From Candidatus Poseidoniaceae archaeon (lineage in GTDB: Archaea > Thermoplasmatota > Poseidoniia > Poseidoniales > Poseidoniaceae), in NCBI GenBank assembly GCA_943789275.1, contig CALSTM010000002.1:390001-422000 (forward strand): a stretch of DNA of 32,000 nt. The letters are read 5' to 3'. Shown piece after piece: positions 15,045 through 22,370 of the stretch. How positions within the stretch are numbered: position 1 is the stretch's first letter; each line of letters starts with the position of its first letter. The position numbers and the translations under genes were made by a program. The notes under the pieces are model-generated. The model was not told where the DNA came from. It saw nothing but the letters and a program-made list of their open reading frames with translations, and searched no databases.

Positions 15045-17857
15045 CAGTTTTCACCCCCCATTTCTCGCTGTTCTTTTTTCAACCAAGCCCTGCCTGCAAG
15101 GCCAAGTTCAGCCAATTGCTCAGGGTCCGGTTCGGTGGCTGTACGCCATCCTTCAACTTGGTCTTCCAAAGGAATAGTCGGGTCAAAGCCAAACAGAACG
15201 CCGTTCACATACGGGCTCGTGTCTTCGGTTCGTTGACGGGCTTTGTCACGGATTTTATGTTCTTGAGCACGTGCAACAAGTGTTGGTTGCAATGAACCAT
15301 GGGTCAAACGAGGGCTTGGAAGGTCCAATGGGTCTTCAACACCAGTATTTTTGAGGGTCTTTTCAATTCCTTTGAAAACGACATCCGGAGTGAGCGGTAA
15401 GTCGCGCAAACGGATACCAATTGCATCGTATACTGCATTCACAACTGCGGGTAAAATAGGTAGAAGCGGTCCTTCACCTGCTTCCTTGGCGCCGAAAGGC
15501 CCCTCAGGGTCACATGATTCGATGATGATGGGCTCAACATGCGGCATCTCATGCACAGATGGAATCTTGTAGTCCAGAAGGTTTGCATTCTGTAAGTGAC
15601 CAGTACGGCCATAGACCATCTTCTCAGACAATACCTGTCCAAGTCCCATGTGGCATGAACCGATAATTTGTCCTTTCACGGCCATCGGATTGAGTGCCTT
15701 GCCGCAATCGTGAGCCGCCCAAACATCGGTACAACGGATGATTCCAGTTTCGACATCAACATCAACTTCAGCCACATAGGCTGAGAAAGAGTACGCCGGG
15801 GCGAGGCCTGCTGCAGCACCCTTGTGAACGCCACCCATTGGTGGAGAACGGTATGCGCCGCTGGCAATCAGCGAACCCTTGTCTTCCTGAGCCTTGTGAA
15901 GTGCCTTAAGGTATGAAACTCCAATTGCTGGGTCGTGCTTGTAGTAGATTCGTCGATCGTTGAGGACCAAATTATCTGGGTGGTATCCAAGAATATCCCA
16001 AGCAGCGTTGAGCAATTGCTCTCGAATCTCAAGTGCTGCTCGAATTGCAGCATTGGCATTCATGAACGTCACCCGGCTTGAGTATGAGCCCAAGTCCACT
16101 GGAGATGTGTCGCTTTCATGGCTTCGGACATGAATCATTTCAATAGGTAAAGCCAGTACTTCTGATACCACTTGAGCAACGGCTGTAGTCGAACCCTGTC
16201 CGATGTCAGCAGCGCCGGTATGAACGGTGACGCCCCCATCCATATCGACTTGGATATGGACAGTAGCGTGCGGGAATCGATTCGGGTCCCAATGGATAGG
16301 GAGCCCAGAGCCGGAGATGAAGAAACCACAACCTATGCCGATTCCTTTTCCGAGTGGCATTTGGCGGAACTTTTCATCCCAATTCGAACCTTCACGAACT
16401 TTTTCCAAAGCCTCTCGCATACCGTTCGAAGTTATTCGGAAACCACTGATTGTTCTGCTGTGTGGGGGGAGAAGGTTGGCAAGTCGCAAATCAATTGGGT
16501 CGACCTGCATGGTTTCAGCCATTTCATCAAGTCCGACTTCAACCGCACATCGGGTGTTCACTGCGCCGTGCCCACGCATTGCACCCGATGCAGGTTTGTT
16601 GGTCCAAACTCGAGCTCCAGTATAGTGGAAAGAACCCAATTCGTAAGGTGCGGTGGCTAATACACCGTTGTAGTATGAAGTGACGTGTCCGAAGGAAGCA
16701 AATCCACCTCCGTCAATCAGAGCATCGATATCAAAGCCTGAAATTCGCGCATCATCGTCTGCAGTCATCTTCACTTCGATATGGCTGGGGTGGCGGCCTC
16801 TGTTAATCCAATAGACCTCTTCACGGTCAAAAGTAATTCGAACAGGTCGTCCCGCTTTACGAGCAAGGATTGCCGCACACATCTCGTGAGGGAACGGGTC
16901 GGATTTCCCACCAAACCCTCCACCAACAAAAGTGCGTATAACGTTGATTTGGTGCATTGGGACGTCAAGAACGGTCGAAAGAGCTCGATGCGTGTAATGA
17001 GGGACTTGTTGTGGCGTGTAGAGTTGAAGCCGTCCATTGGGCCCCCAATGAGCGACAACTGCGTGAGGTTCGGTGAATCCATGATGGACACCTGCCATAC
17101 TCCATTTCCCATGGGATTCAGCGTGCGGCTTCTCGACCAGAGAACGGTCGCCAAACTCTTGGAACACTCGCTTCTGCACATTGGTTTTCGACAAATGGTA
17201 CTTGCCTCTCCAGTGAATAGGTTCATCTGCATCTTCAAGGCCCTTTTTGGGATCGAATACAGGTTCAAGAACTTCCCATTCCACATCGAATAAATTGAGT
17301 GCCTCAAGTGCCGTTGCTTCATCAACTGCAGCAACACAAGCGACGAGATCTCCAACGTGGCGGACTTTCTCAACAGCCATTGCGTGCTCGTCTTTGGTCA
17401 CTGGCAATACTCCGAAGCGGTGAGGTGAATCTTCTCCGGTGGCAACGGCCAATACTCCGGGCAGAGCCTCAACACGAGAGGTGTCAATCGACTTAATCCT
17501 GGCATAATGATGCGGGGAGCGAAGAATCTTGCCAATGATTTCATTTGGCAAACGAACATCGTCACCGTACCATGCTTGTCCTGTGACTTTGGCATTCGAG
17601 TCAACCAGAGGGATTTCTTTTCCAACGGTTGTACCGGTGCGGGCACGGTCGTGTATGTGTGAGCCAGCTGGTTGTTCCTCATTCCCACCGACGGACTCGG
17701 GAATGAAATCCAAATCTCGTGGTTTCATGCGAGGGTGCGAACCGCCGGAGCCGGGCGGAGGAAACGATTGCTTACCCGCAACGCGCTTGCCGTCCTTTCG
17801 AGTCGTTGGGCCTGAGCCACCGGGTTGTTGACGATATCCTCCTGACATCATCATCAC
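15044..17857 (-). CDS. Xanthine dehydrogenase/aldehyde oxidase family molybdopterin-binding large subunit, with N- and C-terminal extensions
   Basis: Core motifs VGKEIPLVDSNAKVTGQAWYGDDV, LRSPHHYARIKSID, FVGGGFGGKS, GAMRGHG and GAKEAGEGPLLP (catalytic Glu region). An extra ~76 aa of Gly/Pro/basic N-terminus and ~100 aa of C-terminal tail lie beyond the usual end. The start GTG 17857 is followed by three ATG codons. Confidence 0.9.
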   Translation of the reverse strand: MMMMSGGYRQQPGGSGPTTRKDGKRVAGKQSFPPPGSGGSHPRMKPRDLDFIPESVGGNEEQPAGSHIHDRARTGTTVGKEIPLVDSNAKVTGQAWYGDDVRLPNEIIGKILRSPHHYARIKSIDTSRVEALPGVLAVATGEDSPHRFGVLPVTKDEHAMAVEKVRHVGDLVACVAAVDEATALEALNLFDVEWEVLEPVFDPKKGLEDADEPIHWRGKYHLSKTNVQKRVFQEFGDRSLVEKPHAESHGKWSMAGVHHGFTEPHAVVAHWGPNGRLQLYTPQQVPHYTHRALSTVLDVPMHQINVIRTFVGGGFGGKSDPFPHEMCAAILARKAGRPVRITFDREEVYWINRGRHPSHIEVKMTADDDARISGFDIDALIDGGGFASFGHVTSYYNGVLATAPYELGSFHYTGARVWTNKPASGAMRGHGAVNTRCAVEVGLDEMAETMQVDPIDLRLANLLPPHSRTISGFRITSNGMREALEKVREGSNWDEKFRQMPLGKGIGIGCGFFISGSGLPIHWDPNRFPHATVHIQVDMDGGVTVHTGAADIGQGSTTAVAQVVSEVLALPIEMIHVRSHESDTSPVDLGSYSSRVTFMNANAAIRAALEIREQLLNAAWDILGYHPDNLVLNDRRIYYKHDPAIGVSYLKALHKAQEDKGSLIASGAYRSPPMGGVHKGAAAGLAPAYSFSAYVAEVDVDVETGIIRCTDVWAAHDCGKALNPMAVKGQIIGSCHMGLGQVLSEKMVYGRTGHLQNANLLDYKIPSVHEMPHVEPIIIESCDPEGPFGAKEAGEGPLLPILPAVVNAVYDAIGIRLRDLPLTPDVVFKGIEKTLKNTGVEDPLDLPSPRLTHGSLQPTLVARAQEHKIRDKARQRTEDTSPYVNGVLFGFDPTIPLEDQVEGWRTATEPDPEQLAELGLAGRAWLKKEQREMGGEN

Positions 17858-18492
17858 CGAGCGTGGCCTGGAGGCATATTGGGTTCTTCAGGACCCTCTG
17901 GGTGAGGGTCTGGATGTGGGTCGCTTGCAGGCGTCGCAGCCTCAACTTCACCTCGATGAATGGCGGCTGCGCCTTGGATTGAATCAATGATTTGTTGGTA
18001 TCCTGTGCATCGGCAGAGGTTGCCTTCAATGGCACAAGCAATTTCTTTATCGGTCGGTGAATCGTTTTCGTTCAGTAAAGCCTGAGCAGAGATGAGGAAA
18101 CCAGGCGTACAAAACCCGCACTGTGAGCCTCCATGTTCTGCAAAACAAGTCTGAATCGGAGCGAGATGAGCGCCGTGGGCAAGCCCTTCGACTGTCGTAA
18201 TTACTGAGCCTTCAACCTGTCCAGCAAGGCACAGACAGGATAGACGAGGATTGCCATCTATCATCACGGTACAGCAGCCACAGGTTCCGAGGTCACAACC
18301 TCGCTTTACACCCAGAGTTCCAACCTTGTCTCGCAAGACATCGAGCAGAACCGCATTGGATGGAACCAGCACTTCGACTGGAGTCCCGTTGACCTCTGCA
18401 GACCAGACGTTTTTCGCTGGACTTGGTATCATTTCGATATGTTCGCTACCCACCATAATCTGTCGCCAAAGGCGACGTGGTGGACCCCGCAT
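17854..18492 (-). CDS. Xanthine dehydrogenase family [2Fe-2S] small subunit (CoxS-like) with Pro/His/Asp-rich C-terminal tail
   Basis: GCDLGTCGCCTV (plant-type 2Fe-2S), GSQCGFCTPGF and NLCRCTGY (second cluster). The tail is ATPASDPHPDPHPEGPEEPNMPPGHAR. The start could be ATG 18492, 18456 or 18432. Confidence 0.9.
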   Translation of the reverse strand: MRGPPRRLWRQIMVGSEHIEMIPSPAKNVWSAEVNGTPVEVLVPSNAVLLDVLRDKVGTLGVKRGCDLGTCGCCTVMIDGNPRLSCLCLAGQVEGSVITTVEGLAHGAHLAPIQTCFAEHGGSQCGFCTPGFLISAQALLNENDSPTDKEIACAIEGNLCRCTGYQQIIDSIQGAAAIHRGEVEAATPASDPHPDPHPEGPEEPNMPPGHAR

Positions 18493-18530
18493 ATCAACAT
18501 AGGGTATGCTTCTGTTGCTAAGGTAACAAC

Positions 18531-20144
18531 TCAGGAATGAACGGCGGGTGCTGGAGTGGGGCGTTTCTTGACCGAGACGACGTCATCACTCCCGGCTGGA
18601 GGATCAACCCAATCGGGGTCACCGGGAAGAACGAGGCCTTCACCTAAGCCGACCAAACGCCCAGCTAACTGCCGTTGTTGTTTGACGAGCAAGTCCCATT
18701 TGTATTCATCGTCTTTCCATGCTTTCCATCTGCGCATAGCCCGTGAACTGATAACCAATCGAGCGTATAATCGCAAGTGCAGTTTGGCGGATGTCGGCCA
18801 CCACATAAACAGGAGTGAGAACACCAGTAAAGAGGGAAGGAATGTTAACAATTCCAACAACCAATGCTTGACAAGAATCTCGTTCACTGGACTTGCAGTC
18901 GCAAGAAGCATCCATGTGAGAGCAGCAGATGCAACTATCCACCATAGGGGGAAGAAAATAACCGCAGTCAGCACCTTGAGAGTTCCAATGATGGACTGGT
19001 CAGCCCCTCGTTTTTTCATGATTTTTACCGCCGTAGCGTTGGCACGATAAGGGACGAGATTTCCAAAAACAGCGCTCCAGGTAATGAGCCCAAGCATCCA
19101 AACTCCCGCCCACAGCCAAGACAACATGATTTTTGCTGAATCTTTACGGGTCAAATGTTCCGGACGGGCATCGACATCAATCGGTGTAATGTTTCGTTCT
19201 TCGAGTTGCTCAAAATGATGCTCGCAATCTTCAACCAATTTGCCAGTGAGGGACGGATCGTGTTCAGCAAGGTATTCCCAGCCCGCACGGACTCTTCGCG
19301 CACCCATCACGGATTCCGCATAACTTGGTTTGACCAATTTACCGCCCGATTGACGTGCTTTTTCAGCATAGGCCAAACTTCTGCCTTTCCAAATCAGCGT
19401 TCGCTCCCTCCAAGTCGTCTTTGAGAGGCTGGCACGGTTCAATTCCACACCAATTGAATTGGTGACCTCCGTGACCCATTCTCTGTCGATTGTATCCTGT
19501 TCATCGGGATCCTCAACCAAAGAGGGGATCGGTGCAAATTTCATGACCCTCTCCACGATGACTGCAGCCCTTTCACGGAAAGTGTGAGATTCAGAGTAAT
19601 GCAACCCTATCGGCACCAGTTGTGGTTCGGAACGGCCGTTGGCATGAGCTTTTCTTCGTGCAGCGAGTAAGATTCGAGCAGCACCCGAGCGAGCGCGCTT
19701 GACGGATGATTCTGTGTGCGTTGTACCCTCTGGGAAAATAATAAGACGGCCTCCTTCAGCGACAATAGAAGCCACACTGTCCAACTGGTTTTTGTTTCGT
19801 GACTTCGCTCCATCAACATCATCAGAATCTTGTGCCCTTTCGATCGGAACTGCGCCTGCGCCACGGATGAGTCGTCCAAGAAGTGGAACCTTGAACAGCG
19901 TATGTTTGGCAATCATCGATAATCGCCCGGGGAGCGATGCGTGCATCAGCATGGGGTCAATGAGACCACTCGGGTGCCAGGCAATGAAAATAATTCCACC
20001 TTCTTGAGGAAGGTTTTCGTCATCGACAATGTTGATTTCTCGAAACCAAATACTGACGAGTGACCTCGACATACGACGAACCCAACGATAGATTCGGTTG
20101 ATACGAGGGTGACCATCACCTTGAGGGTCTTTCGGCCAGCGCAT
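18531..20144 (-). CDS. Glycerol-phosphate/lysophospholipid acyltransferase family protein (PlsC/LPLAT superfamily, GPAT-like subgroup) with C-terminal membrane domain
   Basis: IIFIAWHPSGLIDP (an H-x5-D variant, as in the Sct1/Gpt2-like LPLAT subgroup as I recall it), LIIFPEGTTH (FPEGT block) and IGLHYS. The C-terminal ~200 aa contain about 4 hydrophobic helices (e.g. WLWAGVWMLGLITWSAVFG, VIFFPLWWIVASAALTWMLLA). Confidence 0.75.
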   Translation of the reverse strand: MRWPKDPQGDGHPRINRIYRWVRRMSRSLVSIWFREINIVDDENLPQEGGIIFIAWHPSGLIDPMLMHASLPGRLSMIAKHTLFKVPLLGRLIRGAGAVPIERAQDSDDVDGAKSRNKNQLDSVASIVAEGGRLIIFPEGTTHTESSVKRARSGAARILLAARRKAHANGRSEPQLVPIGLHYSESHTFRERAAVIVERVMKFAPIPSLVEDPDEQDTIDREWVTEVTNSIGVELNRASLSKTTWRERTLIWKGRSLAYAEKARQSGGKLVKPSYAESVMGARRVRAGWEYLAEHDPSLTGKLVEDCEHHFEQLEERNITPIDVDARPEHLTRKDSAKIMLSWLWAGVWMLGLITWSAVFGNLVPYRANATAVKIMKKRGADQSIIGTLKVLTAVIFFPLWWIVASAALTWMLLATASPVNEILVKHWLLELLTFLPSLLVFSLLFMWWPTSAKLHLRLYARLVISSRAMRRWKAWKDDEYKWDLLVKQQRQLAGRLVGLGEGLVLPGDPDWVDPPAGSDDVVSVKKRPTPAPAVHS

Positions 20145-20201
20145 GCGCCAACCACTTCGTTCTATCTTTTGAGTTCATCTCCGGCTTGAACGGAAAAATC
20201 G

Positions 20202-22214
20202 CTACAATGATTTTTCTTCATCATCCACTTGTTGGGTAATGACATCACTCATTTCTTGATCGCCAAGAGCGTTGAAATCAATGCCGGCAAGAGTGCCTTC
20301 CTCTTTGTTTGTAATGACGTTGATGACCAGAAGAACAATCAGGAAAAGAACAACGAAAGCACCCAACCCAAGAAGCATTGAGGTACTGGAAACACCCGTG
20401 TTTGAAGATTGGGTTTCAAACGCAGATGCTGTATCCATAAGCATGATGTTGGCAGTAATCAACGGCGAAGAAGTGTGGCCACCGGTGTCGTTTGCTTTGA
20501 TTCCGCGCATCGAAATCGTATGGTTTCCTTCCAAATCGATTCCCGGTAGGTGTTCCAGTTGGTGGATAATGTCGATTGCAGTTAATGTTCCTGAAGTATC
20601 GCCGTGACCAAAACTGTGAACGTTCGACCAGTCATCTCGCAGGTGGTTACTACGCCATTGAATGGTGTCCACATCTCCGGTTGCTGAATAAGAAAGGACT
20701 TCATTTGGGAACATGTGGATACGGCTATCGGCACCGTTTTCAGTCGAAAGTGTGACTTCCATAGACGAATCAAAGGCATAGTCTCGTTCTGCAGCCTCAT
20801 AGACTGCATCAAGCGCACGAACTTCTCCGTGACCGTAGACGTTGTTTTGTCGGTTCTTGGTCACCAAGTGTTGAGCGTCATTATCGTCGCAACCATCGAT
20901 TCCTGCTGCATCGCCCATGTAAGTACAAGCACGGTATTCAGCAGTTTCTTGCATGATGTTTCGAACTTCAAACGGCGTCAAATCCGGATTCGCTTGGAGC
21001 ATTAAAGCAGCAACACCTGCTGCACCCGGGGTCGCCATAGATGTGCCCGACTTATCGGTGTACTGGTCGCCAGAGTTGTATTGAACAGACATGACGTTTG
21101 AACCAACATAAGCGACATTGGGCTTAACTCGGTTTTCTTCAGTTGGGCCTTGACTCGAATAGATGGCAATGCTGGAGTCTTTGTCAAGTGCTCCAACGGT
21201 AATTGCATCTTCCGCACTTCCAGGTGTCCCGATGGTACCTCGGCCAGCAGAGTTCCCTGCAGCAATGAACAACGAAATGTCGTTGTAAACCATTTCATTG
21301 GCCATTCGATTTACGCTGTCTTCTTCGGATGAGGTCCATTCGATAAGTCCAAACCCGCCGAGAGACATTGAAGCTGCTCGAATGTTGTATTCGTAACGGT
21401 GGTCAACTGTCCATTCCATGCCCGCCATAACGGTGGCAAAGGAGCCGGAGCCTGCTGCATCCAGAACTTTCACACCAACGAGGAAGGCTTGCGGAGCCAT
21501 GCCAATATGGTCGTAATTTGGCGCTCCAGTTCCAGCAGTAGTTCCAGCACAGTGAGAGCCGTGTCCTTGGTCGTCGTATGGGAATACTTCTGTTCCGTTC
21601 ACGAGGCTTGGATTGTTAACCGGGTCGTAGAAGGCGACGACTTTGGGGTCGTTGGTCGTTGGGTCATCGTCGAGGTCGTCGAGACTTGAGTGAGCACCGT
21701 CAATACCGGTATCGATAATGGCAACTGCAGTACCAGAGCCGTCGTATCCCGTATCTGCCCATACTGTATCGACACCATGGAGGACTGCTGCATCTCCATT
21801 GGTCACAGAGAGAAGGCCGTCGAGTTCAAGCATAACGACACCAGGGAGGATGGACGCATCGAGGATTCTGTCCACGGGTACGCGACCTGCCAATGCATCA
21901 ATGCGGTCCAAAGTCCATTCATGGACATAATCAATTTCACGCTCAAGCATTGCGATTTCTTCGCTTCCCGGGGTATGGTCAAAGTCGATGATGAGTGGCA
22001 AGGTGTTGTCTTGGTCAAGGAAGTAAGGGCTATCTTTGTGGACTTCGATCATATCACCGATACCGTTACCGTTTCTGTCGACCGTTGTTTCGACCCACCA
22101 GCCTTCTTCGACGGGTTGTTCTGATGTTTCGGAAACGGGTACAGCCATTGCCAAGGTTGGCAGGACCATTATGCTCAAACAGAGGAATGTGATTGCTTTT
22201 CGTGCCGCAGACAT
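20202..22214 (-). CDS. Secreted subtilisin-like serine peptidase (S8) with C-terminal TM anchor and acidic cytoplasmic tail
   Basis: Catalytic blocks VAIIDTGIDGAH (Asp), GHGSHCAGTTAG (His), IAAGNSAG (oxyanion Asn) and SGTSMATPGAAGVAAL (Ser). ATG 22214 has GGTGA 5 nt upstream and gives the signal peptide MSAARKAITFLCLSIMVLPTLAMA. The C-terminal TM is MLLGLGAFVVLFLIVLLVINVI. The listed start 22265 adds 17 non-signal residues. Confidence 0.88.
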   Translation of the reverse strand: MSAARKAITFLCLSIMVLPTLAMAVPVSETSEQPVEEGWWVETTVDRNGNGIGDMIEVHKDSPYFLDQDNTLPLIIDFDHTPGSEEIAMLEREIDYVHEWTLDRIDALAGRVPVDRILDASILPGVVMLELDGLLSVTNGDAAVLHGVDTVWADTGYDGSGTAVAIIDTGIDGAHSSLDDLDDDPTTNDPKVVAFYDPVNNPSLVNGTEVFPYDDQGHGSHCAGTTAGTGAPNYDHIGMAPQAFLVGVKVLDAAGSGSFATVMAGMEWTVDHRYEYNIRAASMSLGGFGLIEWTSSEEDSVNRMANEMVYNDISLFIAAGNSAGRGTIGTPGSAEDAITVGALDKDSSIAIYSSQGPTEENRVKPNVAYVGSNVMSVQYNSGDQYTDKSGTSMATPGAAGVAALMLQANPDLTPFEVRNIMQETAEYRACTYMGDAAGIDGCDDNDAQHLVTKNRQNNVYGHGEVRALDAVYEAAERDYAFDSSMEVTLSTENGADSRIHMFPNEVLSYSATGDVDTIQWRSNHLRDDWSNVHSFGHGDTSGTLTAIDIIHQLEHLPGIDLEGNHTISMRGIKANDTGGHTSSPLITANIMLMDTASAFETQSSNTGVSSTSMLLGLGAFVVLFLIVLLVINVITNKEEGTLAGIDFNALGDQEMSDVITQQVDDEEKSL

Positions 22215-22334
22215 TTCTTCACCAGCCTCACCCAAACCTCTTCGACATTTGAACCCATTGAACACCGGTGCCTACCGATGGGGAGCGGAGGGCGGTGAAT
22301 GAACTTGAATAAAATACAAAAATACGGGTCAACT

Positions 22335-22342
22335 CTTAAATG
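22335..22342 (+). promoter_or_regulatory. TATA-box-like element (CTTAAATG) for the giant membrane-protein gene, probably leaderless or short-leader
   Basis: This A/T element lies ~30 nt upstream of ATG 22371. There is no SD-like motif before that ATG, which is the typical archaeal geometry of a TATA centred ~26-27 nt upstream of the TSS. An A/T-rich stretch (AATAAAATACAAAAATAC, 22309-22326) lies further upstream in the shared divergent region. Confidence 0.3.
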
Positions 22343-22370
22343 AGGTTTGAGTTACTCCATCTCGATTATC

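Noticed and set aside
17790-17857. GUGAUGA at the S/L junction as box C of a C/D-box sRNA
   Set aside because: No matching CUGA D box or C'/D' pair lies at the appropriate spacing downstream. The motif is explained by overlapping stop and start codons.
14070-18492. Annotation of the S-L-M operon as aerobic carbon-monoxide dehydrogenase (coxSLM)
   Set aside because: The large-subunit active-site loop is GAMRGHG and lacks the Cys-containing VAYRCSFR motif (form I) and the AYRGAGR motif (form II). Only the generic xanthine-dehydrogenase-family assignment is supported.
17854-18492. Possible Tat export signal on the small subunit (MRGPPRRLWRQI..), given the neighbouring secreted protein
   Set aside because: The RR is not followed by a hydrophobic h-region or an AxA site, and the start codon itself is uncertain. 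The enzyme is most simply cytoplasmic.
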